A stretch of DNA of 64,000 bases from Terriglobales bacterium (GTDB lineage Bacteria > Acidobacteriota > Terriglobia > Terriglobales > Acidobacteriaceae). Below the pieces are notes generated by a model. It did no database searches, was not told the origin of the DNA, and saw only the letters and a list, made by a program, of their open reading frames with translations. The first letter of the stretch is position 1. Each line of letters opens with the position of its first letter. The stretch is taken from contig JBHGAZ010000021.1 in NCBI GenBank assembly GCA_041946765.1, positions 4,279-68,278 of the forward strand, in the 5' to 3' direction. This document shows, in pieces, positions 53,797 to 63,880 of this stretch. The translations under genes and the position numbers were made by a program.

Positions 53797-55227
53797 CTAC
53801 ATGGGCACAACTGTACGGATGAACCGCAGCAGCGGCTCGGGATAAATTCCCAGCCATACCAGGAGCACGGTAAGCGCGCCCAGCACGCCACCGGCGAAGG
53901 AAGAAGCGCGTAATCCAGTGTCCGTCGCGCCCGACTCCGGAGACGCGTACATGGCTGCGACAATTCGCAGGTAATAGAACAGACCGATGATGCTGCTGAC
54001 GACGAGAATAATAATCAGCGCCCAGATCGCAGACGACGCACCGGCGGCGACAATGTAGAACTTGCCGATAAACCCGGCCGTCACCGGAATGCCGGCCAAG
54101 GAGAGCAGCATCACGGTGAAAACCCCGGCCACCGCCGGGCGATGCCAGAACAACGCACGGTAGTCTTCGATGCTTTCGGCTTCTCGCTCATTCGTCGATA
54201 GAGCGCTGATAACCCCGAAGGCACCGAGTGTGGTGACGAAGTATGCGACCAGGTAGAACGTGACCGCCTCGACTGCCAGTTCGCCGCTGGCCAGAAATGC
54301 CACGAGCAAATAGCCCATATGGGCAATAGACGAATACGCCAGGATGCGTTTGACGTTGCTTTGCAACAGCGCCAGCAGGTTTCCCGCGAGCATCGAGGCG
54401 ATCGCGATGATGGCAAAGACAAGCAGAACCTGGCGACTGCTCGCGGCGCCGGATCGATAGAAATATGGCAGCAACAGGGCGAACATCGCGCCCTTGGAAA
54501 CCGTGGCGATGAACGCCGTCACGGGCGCGGGGGCACCTTCGTAGACATCGGGCGTCCAGAGGTGGAATGGCACTACAGCCAGCTTGAAACCGATGCCAGT
54601 AATGATCAGCGCCAACCCGGAAACCAGGAGCACATCGGTGCCATGTCCGGCGGACAGCAATTGCGCCATGCGGCCGAACTCCATTGTGCCCAGGCCGGTG
54701 TACACCAGTGCCATTCCGAACAGCAGGAAAGCCGCCGAAGCCGCAGCCAGGACCAGGTACTTGATTCCGGCTTCCAACGGTCCTCGACGCAAGCGAAGAT
54801 ACGAGACCATGGCATAGAGCGAGATGCTGAGCATCTCCAGTCCGAGAAAGAAGGAGGCGAAGTGGCTGCTGGCCACGAGCATCGCACCGCCCAGGGTGGC
54901 GATCAGCAGCAGGATGTAGAATTCCTCGCGATTGACATCCTGCTTTCGGAGGTAGTCGTAGGCAAAAATCGCAACGGCGACGTCGGCGGCGATGAGCAAG
55001 CCGAAATAAAACAAAGAATACTTGTCAATGACCAGCAAGGAGGTGACCTGGCGTGGGCTGAGAGGCGCCGCGATCCAGATCGCGCCGAACGCTACCGCCA
55101 GTCCTGCCAGCGTTAACCCCAACGTCAAGCCATGGCTGCGGCGCACCGCGATCGTCAGCATGACCAGCACCGAGGTGCCGGCAAGCACGAGGAGCGGCAG
55201 CAGAGCGATGACATCTCTTGCGTTCAT
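53797..55227 (-). CDS. nuoN: NADH-quinone oxidoreductase subunit N
   Basis: 476 aa, polytopic. FKLAVVPFHLWTPDVYEGAPAPVTAF, KRILAYSSIAHMGY. Confidence 0.88.
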   Translation of the reverse strand: MNARDVIALLPLLVLAGTSVLVMLTIAVRRSHGLTLGLTLAGLAVAFGAIWIAAPLSPRQVTSLLVIDKYSLFYFGLLIAADVAVAIFAYDYLRKQDVNREEFYILLLIATLGGAMLVASSHFASFFLGLEMLSISLYAMVSYLRLRRGPLEAGIKYLVLAAASAAFLLFGMALVYTGLGTMEFGRMAQLLSAGHGTDVLLVSGLALIITGIGFKLAVVPFHLWTPDVYEGAPAPVTAFIATVSKGAMFALLLPYFYRSGAASSRQVLLVFAIIAIASMLAGNLLALLQSNVKRILAYSSIAHMGYLLVAFLASGELAVEAVTFYLVAYFVTTLGAFGVISALSTNEREAESIEDYRALFWHRPAVAGVFTVMLLSLAGIPVTAGFIGKFYIVAAGASSAIWALIIILVVSSIIGLFYYLRIVAAMYASPESGATDTGLRASSFAGGVLGALTVLLVWLGIYPEPLLRFIRTVVPM

Positions 55228-55228
55228 A

Positions 55229-56734
55229 TCACCTCCGTACCGCCGCCACAGGCCTGCTGACAGACTGTTGCAGGCTGCTCATCGACGACTTAAAGGTGTT
55301 CAGCACCGGCAGCGGGTACAAGCCCAGCCACAACAGGACAACAATCATGGGCGCGAGAATGATCGCCTCGCGCTTCGTCAGGTCAGCCAGCTTCCACTCT
55401 GCAGGTTAGGGCCATGGAAAGCGCGCTGCACCAGGCGCAGCGCATAGAAGGTCGCAACCAGCACTCCGACGGTCGCTAGAACGGTGAGCACCAGGCTTAC
55501 ACGGACGTCCCGAGGAGAACGAGAAATTCGCCCACGAAGTCGCCCAGTCCTGGCAGACCCAGCGACCCCAAGGCGAAGAAGAGAGCGATACCGCTGAGGC
55601 GCGGGATGGTCACCCAGAGGCCGCTCATGCGATCCATCTCGCGCGTCTGCATACGTTCTTGCAGCAGCCCTGCAATGACAAACAAGGCGCCGGTGCTGAT
55701 GCCGTGGGCAATCATGGTGACCACAGCCCCCTGCAGCGCGAGTGTGTTCCACGCGAAAATCCCCAGCAGCACGAAGCCGAGGTGGCTGACACTGGTGTAG
55801 GCTACCAAGCGCTTGAAATCCGACTGTCCAAAAGCCAGCAATCCGCCGTAGAGGATGCCGATCACTGCCAGAATCATCGCAATGGGCGCAAACTGATGCG
55901 CCGTGCCTGGAAACAGCGGCACCACGAAGCGCAGCAGGCCGTAGGCGCCCGTCTTCAGCAGCAATCCGGCCAGCACAACGCTGCCCGCGGTGGGCGCTTC
56001 GGTGTGCGCATCGGGAAGCCAGGTGTGCACCGGTACCACCGGGAGTTTCACCGCAAAAGCGATGAAGAATCCCAGCATCATCCCCAGGCGGCCATGGACG
56101 ACAGCGGTGTGCCCAGCAACTGCTCGTACTCGAAGGTAAACACGCCGGTCGCGGTGTGGTGGGCAAAGTACAGGGCCAGGATGGCAACCAGCATCAGCAA
56201 GCCGCTGAGCTGGGTAAAGATGAAGAATTTCACCGAGGCATACTGCCGGCGCTCATGACCCCAGAGCGCGATCAGGAAGTACATCGGGACCAGCATCAGT
56301 TCCCAGGCGAAGTAGAAAAGAAACAGGTCCAGCGCCAGGAAGACGCCAGCGATGCCCGCCAGCACCCACAGCAGGTTGAGATGGAAGAAGCCGACGCGGT
56401 CTTGAATTTCTGTCCACGAAACCAGTACCGAGACGATGCCGAGAAAGAACGTGAGCATCAGCAACAGCAGACTGAGCCCATCCATCGCCAGGTGGAAGTG
56501 GATGCCGAAGCGCGGAATCCAGTTCCAGTCCACCTGCTCGATCCAGTTGTTGTGAGGCAGTAGCGAAAGCTGACCGTAGTAGCGAACCCAAAGCACGAGA
56601 CCGATGATGAAATCGGCGGCCGTGGCGAGCAGGGCGATCCAGCGCGCCGCAGCGGTGTTCCAGCGCGCTACCAGCCAGGCCGCTACGCCCGCTATCAAAA
56701 GAATCGCAATGAGCCAAATCAGGATCATGCCCAC
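55229..56734 (-). pseudogene. nuoM: NADH-quinone oxidoreductase subunit M interrupted by three frameshifts
   Basis: The NuoM sequence is spread over track ORFs 56078..56734, 55497..56081 (FAVKLPVVPVHTWLPDAHTEAPTAGSV...) and 55378..56187. The true C-terminus WKLADLTKREAIILAPMIVVLLWLGLYP... is in yet another frame and ends at TGA 55229-55231. Confidence 0.8.
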
Positions 56735-58617
56735 AACACAATGGCGATAAAAACGATTGTGCCTGCGGTAATCCAGGCCGCATACCAGCGCACGCGGCCG
56801 TTTTCCGTGGCGCGCAGCGCCTGCCAGCCGAATTGGTTGACACGCGCGACACCGGTGTAAAAGCTGTCGAGGAAATCGTTTCTGTCAATGTGCGCAAACC
56901 AGATCACCGGGCGCACAAAAACGTGCTCGTAAAGCCAGTCCATACCCCAATCGGCAAACCAGAAGCGGTGAATTGCCTGGCCAACCGCAGCGGCTGCCAG
57001 CTTTTCCGGCACCCTGCGGCGGCGCACGAACAGCAGGTACGCAAAGGCGAGTCCGAGGGCGAACACAATGGCCGCAACGCCTTCCGAGAGACCTTCGGTC
57101 AGGCCGGCAGTGTGTATCTCCGCGACCTCCGGCAGCGCCGAATGGAGCAGGTTCGTGAATGCCGGCACGTTTCCCAACGCCGCGGGAATGTTAACGAAAC
57201 CGCCGACAATCGAAAGCGCCGACAGCACTGCCACCGGCACTTTTATCTGCCAATGCGGCCGGTGCGCCACTTCCATCTTTTTTTCACCGTAGAACACCAG
57301 GAAAATCAGGCGATAGATATAGAGGGAGGTCAGCAGCACGCCGATGATGCCGGCGATCCATAATGCCTTGCTGCCCTGCGATGAACTCCAGGTCTGCCAC
57401 AGGATTAGGTCCTTGCTATAGAACCCAGCGGTGATCAGAGGCAGTCCGGCCAGGGCGGAGCCCCCAATAACGAATCCCCAAAAGGCATACGGCAGATACC
57501 TCCGCAAGCCGCCCATCTTGAAGACGTCATGTTCGTGATGCAGCGCCTGGATGACGACGCCCGCTGCCAAGAACAGCAGGGCTTTGAAGAAGGCATGTGT
57601 CATCAGGTGGAAAATGGCCGCCGACCAGGCGCCCACGCCTAGGGCAAGGAACATGTAGCCGATCTGGCTGATGGTGGAGTAGGCGAGGACGCGCTTGATG
57701 TCGCGCTGCACCAGCGCGCTGCACCCGGCCAGCAACAGCGTGGCCGCGCCGATCACCGCCACAGCAAATTGCGCGGGTGGTGCCAGCGAGAACAGCACAT
57801 GGGTGCGCGCAATCAAATAAACGCCCGCGGTGACCTTGGTGGCAGCGTGAATCAACGCGCTGGTCGGGGTCGGGCCGGCCATGGCGTCAGGAAGCCAGGT
57901 TTGCAGCGGCAGTTGCGCGGATTTTCCTACTGCGCCTCCCAACAGCAGCGCCGCGGCCGCAACCGCAAGGGCGGACCCGGTCGGCCACTGCTCTGTGGCA
58001 CGCTGCATTAACTGCTGGATGTCCAGGGTGCCAAGATGTGTGAACAGCAAGAACAGTCCCACGGCAAAGGCGGTATCGCCCACTCGGGTGACGATGAACG
58101 CCTTCTGCGCAGCCGTGCCATTCACCGGATCCTGGTACCAGAACCCAATCAGCAGATAACTGCACAGGCCCACGCCCTCCCAGCCGAGATAGAGCAGCAG
58201 CAGGTTGTTCGCCAGCACCAGGGTGATCATGGAGGCGACGAACAGGTTCATGTAGGCGAAGAACCGGCTGTAGCCCTCGTCTTCCTCCATGAATTCCGCC
58301 GAGTAGAGATTGATGACGAAGCTGACGAAGCTGACCACCAGCATCATGATCAGCGAGAGCGCGTCCAGGTAGAACGCGATCTGGGGAGTAAAGCCGTCAA
58401 CAGCGATCCAGGTCCACAGCACCTGGGTGTACGACTCACCCGGCGGAGGAGCGGCAAGGTATGCCCCGGTGATCAACAGCGAGAAGATGGTGCAGGCAGC
58501 GATAGAACCCACCCCTACCCACGCCACGGCCCGGCGGGAGGTGCGTGGTCCCACGGTTGCCAGCCACAGAAAGCTGACAAACGGGATGACGGGCACCAAA
58601 AAGAGGAGTTGGAACAA
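56725..58617 (-). CDS. nuoL: NADH-quinone oxidoreductase subunit L
   Basis: 630 aa. GWEGVGLCSYLLIGFWY, GKSAQLPLQTWLPDAMAGPTPTSALIHAATKVTAGVY. Confidence 0.9.
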   Translation of the reverse strand: MFQLLFLVPVIPFVSFLWLATVGPRTSRRAVAWVGVGSIAACTIFSLLITGAYLAAPPPGESYTQVLWTWIAVDGFTPQIAFYLDALSLIMMLVVSFVSFVINLYSAEFMEEDEGYSRFFAYMNLFVASMITLVLANNLLLLYLGWEGVGLCSYLLIGFWYQDPVNGTAAQKAFIVTRVGDTAFAVGLFLLFTHLGTLDIQQLMQRATEQWPTGSALAVAAAALLLGGAVGKSAQLPLQTWLPDAMAGPTPTSALIHAATKVTAGVYLIARTHVLFSLAPPAQFAVAVIGAATLLLAGCSALVQRDIKRVLAYSTISQIGYMFLALGVGAWSAAIFHLMTHAFFKALLFLAAGVVIQALHHEHDVFKMGGLRRYLPYAFWGFVIGGSALAGLPLITAGFYSKDLILWQTWSSSQGSKALWIAGIIGVLLTSLYIYRLIFLVFYGEKKMEVAHRPHWQIKVPVAVLSALSIVGGFVNIPAALGNVPAFTNLLHSALPEVAEIHTAGLTEGLSEGVAAIVFALGLAFAYLLFVRRRRVPEKLAAAAVGQAIHRFWFADWGMDWLYEHVFVRPVIWFAHIDRNDFLDSFYTGVARVNQFGWQALRATENGRVRWYAAWITAGTIVFIAIVLWA

Positions 58618-58618
58618 G

Positions 58619-58927
58619 CTAGCCTCTCATCTCACTGGCTTGGTCTACATCGAGCGACTGGTTCCGGTGATAAAGCTGCAGTACCAGCGCCAGGCCGACC
58701 GACACTTCCGATGCCGCCATGGCAAGAATGAAGATGAACATTACCTGGCCGTCTGCCTGCGCCCACCGGGCGCCCGCAGTCACAAATGCCAGACCGGCGG
58801 CGTTCAGCATGATCTCGATCGAGATCAGGATAAAAAGCAGATTACGCCGCACCAGCAGGCCGATCACTCCCAGCGCGAACAGTATCCCGGCCAGCATCAA
58901 CGCTTGCTGCGTACTCACGAGCGACAT
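58619..58927 (-). CDS. nuoK: NADH-quinone oxidoreductase subunit K
   Basis: 102 aa. [25 protein letters not shown]...[12 protein letters not shown]. Confidence 0.9.
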   Translation of the reverse strand: MSLVSTQQALMLAGILFALGVIGLLVRRNLLFILISIEIMLNAAGLAFVTAGARWAQADGQVMFIFILAMAASEVSVGLALVLQLYHRNQSLDVDQASEMRG

Positions 58928-59438
58928 CTTGCGTCTCCGGTTTGGGCTGCCTATACCAGCCCAGGTGATAGGCCCCGACCAGGGCTGCCATCAGCAGCAG
59001 CGAGGCCAATTCCACCCCGATCAGATAAGGCCCATATAAGGCCAAGCCAACTTGCTTGGGAGAAACGACGTGGGCAGCGGGGGTTCCCGCGGGGCCGCGT
59101 GCCAGCAGGTAGCCTACCTCGCCGACCAGAATGGCAGCCAGAATCGTTGGCCCGATCCACATCCGCGGCTGGAGCAGTCTGCCTTCTGCAATGGTGGCGC
59201 GCTTGCCCAGATTCAGCATCATGACCACGAAAATGAAAAGCACGATGATTGAACCGGCATAAATGATGACTTCGAGTCCCGCAATAAACGGTGCTCCTAA
59301 GTCGTAAAAGATGACGGCGACAGAAATGAGCGAAATGGCGAGGTAGAGCAGTGCCTGGACAGCATTCTTACGGGTGATCACCAGAACTGTGGTGACAATC
59401 GCAATAGCGGCGGCGATGTAAAAAGCAATTACGTTCAT
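58842..59438 (-). CDS. nuoJ: NADH-quinone oxidoreductase subunit J (3' end uncertain: the ORF overlaps nuoK by 86 nt)
   Basis: From the ATG at 59438: [74 protein letters not shown]. Confidence 0.8.
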   Translation of the reverse strand: MNVIAFYIAAAIAIVTTVLVITRKNAVQALLYLAISLISVAVIFYDLGAPFIAGLEVIIYAGSIIVLFIFVVMMLNLGKRATIAEGRLLQPRMWIGPTILAAILVGEVGYLLARGPAGTPAAHVVSPKQVGLALYGPYLIGVELASLLLMAALVGAYHLGWYRQPKPETQDVAREYAASVDAGRDTVRAGSDRPAGAA

Positions 59439-59448
59439 CGTCCTTGCT

Positions 59449-59964
59449 TCATGGCAGCAGTTGATGCAGATCGGTGGGCGCCTCTTCCCGTTCCGATTGT
59501 CCTTTGTCCTTGCCGCCAACCTGCACCCCGGCGACACGCCAGAAGTTGTAGTCCGGATACTTGCCCGGCCCATTGATCAGCAAGTCCTCTTTCTCATAGA
59601 CGAGGTTCTGCCGCTTGTACTCGCTCATCTCGAAGTCTGGGGTGAGCTGGATGGCGTAGGTCGGGCAGGCGTCCTCGCAATAGCCGCAGAAAATACAATG
59701 TGAAAAGTTGATGCGGAAAAAGTCCGGATAGCGGCGGCCGGTGGAATCTTCGGTCGCTTGCAGCGCAATACAGTCGACGGGACAGGCGATGGCGCACAAG
59801 TAGCACGCAACACAGCGCTCGCCACCGTCAGGATCGCGGGAGAGAATGATGCGCCCCCGCCAGCGTGGCGGCAGATAGGCCGGCTGCTCCGGATATTGCC
59901 GCGTGACGCGGCGTTGAAAGCTGTGCAGGAAAACATCCCAGAGTGTGCGAACGATACTGAACAT
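59449..59964 (-). CDS. nuoI: NADH-quinone oxidoreductase subunit I (2x[4Fe-4S])
   Basis: 171 aa. [12 protein letters not shown] and [12 protein letters not shown]. Confidence 0.9.
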   Translation of the reverse strand: MFSIVRTLWDVFLHSFQRRVTRQYPEQPAYLPPRWRGRIILSRDPDGGERCVACYLCAIACPVDCIALQATEDSTGRRYPDFFRINFSHCIFCGYCEDACPTYAIQLTPDFEMSEYKRQNLVYEKEDLLINGPGKYPDYNFWRVAGVQVGGKDKGQSEREEAPTDLHQLLP

Positions 59965-59982
59965 ACCCTTGCCCCTTTGCCG

Positions 59983-60780
59983 CTAGCGGAACCACACCAG
60001 CAGCACCGCGCCGGTCACCAGCAGGTTCGCCAGCGCCAGCGGCAACATCAGCTTCCAGGCCCAAGCCATGAGTTGGTCAAAGCGCGGCCGCGGCAGCGAA
60101 GCACGCATGAGAATAAACAGGCCCAGGAAGAAGAACGTTTTGATGAGAAACCACAGAATCGGCGGCAGTCCCGGTCCCAGCCAGCCTCCGAAAAACAGAA
60201 CTGCGATCATGGCGGAGATCAGCGTGATCCCCAGGTACTCGCCGACGAAGAACATGCCGAACTTCATGCCGGAATATTCGGAGTGAAAGCCAGCCACCAG
60301 CTCACTTTCCGCTTCCGGCAAATCGAACGGCAGACGCCGGGTCTCGGCCAGACCGGCGATGAGGAACAGCACAAATCCGAGGAATTGCGGCACGATAAAC
60401 CAGATTTTTTGCTGTGCATGCACAATGTCCACGAGACTGAAGGAGCCGGCCAACAACACCACGCCCATCAGCGACAGGCCCATGAAGACTTCGTAGCTGA
60501 GCATCTGCGCGGCAGCGCGCAACCCGCCCAGCAGCGAATATTTATTGTCTGAGGCCCAGCCTGCCAGCACGATGCTGTAGACGCCCAGAGACGACATCGC
60601 CAGAAAGAACAGCAGGGCAATGTTCAGATCGCTGATGATGATTCCGGGCGCAATCGGCAGCACCGCAAAGGACATCAAGACCGTGATCATGATGATCAAT
60701 GACTTCGGCCTTGCCAATCGGCTGCAGTTTGCCATCACGTCGCAGGTGCGCCTGCCGAATCGTATCGAAGCCTGGATCAC
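59983..60780 (-). pseudogene. nuoH: NADH-quinone oxidoreductase subunit H lacking about 80-100 N-terminal residues
   Basis: 265 aa. It begins within the first loop/TM2 region (...[44 protein letters not shown]...[21 protein letters not shown]). The conserved ERK..Q.R.GP..G..GLLQP.AD segment is not encoded in any frame upstream. Confidence 0.6.
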
Positions 60781-60790
60781 GGGATCGTTT

Positions 60791-60799
60791 TGTTATAAT
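60791..60799 (+). promoter_or_regulatory. Extended -10 TGTTATAAT upstream of the tRNA-Glu fragment
   Basis: tgttataat lies 20 nt upstream of the predicted tRNA 5' end at 60819. Confidence 0.4.
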
Positions 60800-60818
60800 C
60801 CAAGTACTGTCGGCCAGT

Positions 60819-60877
60819 GGCGCTATCGTCTAGGGGTTAGGACGGAAGATTCTCAATCTTCAAACCCGGGTTCGAAC
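60819..60877 (+). pseudogene. tRNA-Glu(CUC) 5' portion, truncated within the T-loop
   Basis: GGCGCTA-TC-GTCTAGGGGTTAGGAC-G-GAAGA-TTCTCAA-TCTTC-AAAC-CCGGG-TTCGAAC. The D arm resembles E. coli tRNA-Glu and the anticodon is CTC. The next bases are GAGTT, not the CCCGG needed for the T stem, and no TAGCGCC acceptor 3' strand follows. Confidence 0.6.
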
Positions 60878-60899
60878 GAGTTTAGAGCCGAGCCCGCCC

Positions 60900-63107
60900 G
60901 TGTCTGTACCCCGAGCTGGAAACAAGCTGGTGGGCTGGCTGGTGTTCGGGTTACTGGTGTTGGCTGCAACCCTGGCGGGCACCTTCACCGGACTGCTGAT
61001 CGTTTACTCCACCGATCTGCCGCAGATAGACGAGCTGGAGCACTATCGTCCCAGCACCATAACGGAGCTCTACGACGACCAGGGCAGGGTAATCGGCTCG
61101 TTCGCGCTGCAGCGGCGCGTGATCGCCAGCTACAACGATTTCCCCAAGGTGCTGCGCGACGCGGTCACTTCTATCGAGGACAAGGATTTCGAGAAGCATT
61201 GGGGCGTCAATCTCTGGCGTATCCTGGGTGCGGCGTATCGCGACCTGGTCGCCGGGCAGCGGGCGCAAGGCGCGTCCACGCTGACCATGCAGCTTTCGCG
61301 CAACCTGTTTCTTTCCGCCGACCGCACCTTCCGCCGCAAGTTTCAGGAGATCATGCTCTCCATTCAGATTGAGCGGCGTTTTACCAAGCCGCAGATCTTC
61401 ACCATGTACGCCAACCAGATTTACCTCGGGCACGGCGTGTACGGTTTCGAGGCTGGTGCGCAATACTACTTCGGCAAGCGCGCCCGCGATCTGACGCTCG
61501 CCGAGGCCGCGCTGTTGGCAGGTCTTCCCAAGGCGCCCAACGGCTATTCGCCCATCAACAGCCCGGAGCGCGCGGTACAACGGCGCAACCTCGTAATTAA
61601 CGCGATGCTGGAGGATGGCAAGATCACCGCCGAGCAATCGGCTGCCGCCAAGAATTCCCCCTTGCGGCTGAACCTGCAAGCCTCACCCAATTCGCTGGCG
61701 CCGTATTTCGCGGAAGAGGTTCGGCAATACCTGGAGCGCAAATACGGGAGCGATGAAGTCCACCAGCGCGGCTTGCGCGTTTACACCTCACTGAACATGG
61801 ACCTGCAGGCAGCGGCGAACCAGGCGGTGCTGGACGGCCTGGCGGCGTACGAGCGGCGCCATGGTTGGAAGGGAAGCTTGCCCAACGTGATTGCCGACGG
61901 TGCTGACCTGGGCAGCTACACCCATCCCGACTGGAATGATTCCATCAGCGCAGGCAGCTACGTGCACGCCCTGGTGCTGAGCGTTTCTCCGGCATCGGCC
62001 ATGTTGAAGCTGGGCCGCTATACCGCCGTGCTCATCCCCGCTGATCTGGCCTGGACGCAACACAAGTCGCCGCCGGAGATTTTTACAACCGGAGACCTGG
62101 CCTACGTCAAAGTTCTGGCACTCTCCGGCAGCGAAGCCAAGGTCACTCTGGAACAGGATTCCGGAACGCAGGCTGCTCTCGTAGCTATTGAGAACAGCAC
62201 CGGCGACGTGCGTGCAATGGTGGGCGGACGCGACTTCGAAGTGTCCAAATTCAACCGCGCCACGCAGGCCTTGCGACAGGTGGGCTCCTCGTTCAAGCCC
62301 TACGTTTATACCGCTGCAATTGACAACGGGGCCACGCCCGACGACATTGTGGTGGACGCGCCTACTACCTTCACAACCTCATCCGGACCGTACACCCCAC
62401 ACAACTACGACGGCAAGTTCCAGGGCGCCATCACTCTTCGGCGCGCACTGGCGCAGTCGCGCAACATCCCTGCGCTGAAGCTTGCCAGCCAACTCTCGAT
62501 TCACAAGGTGATTGATTACGCGCACCGCTTCGGTGTAACCGCCAACATCCAACCGTACTTGCCGGTTGCTCTGGGTTCGGCGGAGATCACGGTGCTGGAG
62601 CACACGGCTGCCTTCACTGCCTTCCCCAACGACGGCGTGCGCGTTGTGCCGCGCTACATCCGCAAGGTGGTTGATTATGACGGGCCTGTGCTGGAGGAAA
62701 ACTATCCTGAGGTCCGTGATGTGGTCAGTGCCAAGACGGCACGTGTGATGACCGCCATGCTTCGCGAAGTGGTCTTGCACGGGACGGCATACCAAGCCAG
62801 CAAACTGAATCATCCCCTGGCAGGAAAGACCGGCACGACGAACGATTTCAGCGATGCCTGGTTCGTCGGCTTCTCGCCTTCGATCACCTGTGGGGTGTGG
62901 GTCGGTTTCGATGAAAAATCGCGTTCCCTAGGCAAGAAGGAAACCGGAGCGATGGCCGCACTGCCCATCTGGATGGATTTCATGAAGGCGACCTTCAGGG
63001 GCCATGAAGACGAAGACTTCACTCCACCGTCTGCTGCTGCCCAGGAAAGCCTGGTGACGAGGGTCGAGAAGTCCGTTGTTGCGACGAACGGCGCTGCCAG
63101 CCGCTGA
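60900..63107 (+). CDS. mrcA: Class A penicillin-binding protein (PBP1A; transglycosylase + transpeptidase)
   Basis: 735 aa, GTG start. GT51 motifs SIEDKDFEKHWGVN, GASTLTMQLSRN. Transpeptidase motifs SSFKP, SRN, KTGTTND. Confidence 0.9.
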   Translation: MSVPRAGNKLVGWLVFGLLVLAATLAGTFTGLLIVYSTDLPQIDELEHYRPSTITELYDDQGRVIGSFALQRRVIASYNDFPKVLRDAVTSIEDKDFEKHWGVNLWRILGAAYRDLVAGQRAQGASTLTMQLSRNLFLSADRTFRRKFQEIMLSIQIERRFTKPQIFTMYANQIYLGHGVYGFEAGAQYYFGKRARDLTLAEAALLAGLPKAPNGYSPINSPERAVQRRNLVINAMLEDGKITAEQSAAAKNSPLRLNLQASPNSLAPYFAEEVRQYLERKYGSDEVHQRGLRVYTSLNMDLQAAANQAVLDGLAAYERRHGWKGSLPNVIADGADLGSYTHPDWNDSISAGSYVHALVLSVSPASAMLKLGRYTAVLIPADLAWTQHKSPPEIFTTGDLAYVKVLALSGSEAKVTLEQDSGTQAALVAIENSTGDVRAMVGGRDFEVSKFNRATQALRQVGSSFKPYVYTAAIDNGATPDDIVVDAPTTFTTSSGPYTPHNYDGKFQGAITLRRALAQSRNIPALKLASQLSIHKVIDYAHRFGVTANIQPYLPVALGSAEITVLEHTAAFTAFPNDGVRVVPRYIRKVVDYDGPVLEENYPEVRDVVSAKTARVMTAMLREVVLHGTAYQASKLNHPLAGKTGTTNDFSDAWFVGFSPSITCGVWVGFDEKSRSLGKKETGAMAALPIWMDFMKATFRGHEDEDFTPPSAAAQESLVTRVEKSVVATNGAASR

Positions 63108-63184
63108 GACCCCGTCCTGAACACTACCTCTAGCTCACCGGCCGCATCTTAAGAGCAAGAATTTCCGTATGGAGAAGAGATCTT

Positions 63185-63880
63185 ATGAAGCGCTGCGGAC
63201 TTATTGTCGGCCTGCTCGTCATGTTGGCTGCCTTCGCGCTGACCCAGAACAGGGACCAGAACAGTACGACCACCACGACGCAGACCACTACCACAACAAC
63301 ACAGACAAAATCCGGGCAGAAAACTGCTCCGCCCAGCGCCGATGTGCCCGCCGGCACTGTGGTTACGCATGAGCGGACGGAAACCATCGTCCAGCCGGCC
63401 GCAAAGCCAGTAAAGGTGGATGCCTCCACGATTAAAGCTGCGCAAGAGGCGCTGGCGAACAAAGGATATAATCCCGGCCCGGCCGACGGAGTGTTAGGTC
63501 CGAAAACGCGCGCTGCGCTGCGCAAGTTTCAGGCAGACGAGGGCAATCCGGTAACCGGTCGCCTCGACCAGAAAACGCTGGCTGCCCTGAACGTTGCCGG
63601 CAAAGCCGAACTCGGCGCTGCGCCTTCCGATATTGGCCGAGGGGGTAAGGCTGCTGGTCACAACATCAAAGGAGGCCACCCGGTTGCTGCCGGCAAAGCA
63701 GTGGGCAAGGGTACTGCCAATGCCGCCAAGAAGGTGGGACAGGGGGTTGAGTCCGGAGCATCAACCATGAAGGACAAAATCGGCGGGGCTGTTTCCAGCG
63801 TGGGCGAGAAGATTACCGGGAACGAGAAGAACAAGAGCGAGCAGAACCAAAATAAGACGACCGAGACTGTGCCGAAGTAA
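63185..63880 (+). CDS. Secreted protein with poly-Thr linker and PG_binding_1 domain
   Basis: Signal peptide MKRCGLIVGLLVMLAAFA. TTTTTQTTTTTTQT. IKAAQEALANKGYNPGPADGVLGPKTRAALRKFQADEGNPVTGRLD. Confidence 0.75.
   Translation: MKRCGLIVGLLVMLAAFALTQNRDQNSTTTTTQTTTTTTQTKSGQKTAPPSADVPAGTVVTHERTETIVQPAAKPVKVDASTIKAAQEALANKGYNPGPADGVLGPKTRAALRKFQADEGNPVTGRLDQKTLAALNVAGKAELGAAPSDIGRGGKAAGHNIKGGHPVAAGKAVGKGTANAAKKVGQGVESGASTMKDKIGGAVSSVGEKITGNEKNKSEQNQNKTTETVPK

Noticed and set aside
55378-56187. 269-aa minus-strand track ORF treated as an independent gene
   Set aside because: Only its last ~35 codons are NuoM-like. The rest is an out-of-frame read through nuoM, so it is subsumed in the frameshifted nuoM call.
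60620-61372. 250-aa plus-strand ORF spanning the nuoH/tRNA-Glu/mrcA junction
   Set aside because: It runs antisense through nuoH, across the tRNA-Glu fragment, and out of frame into mrcA. It has no coherent protein features.
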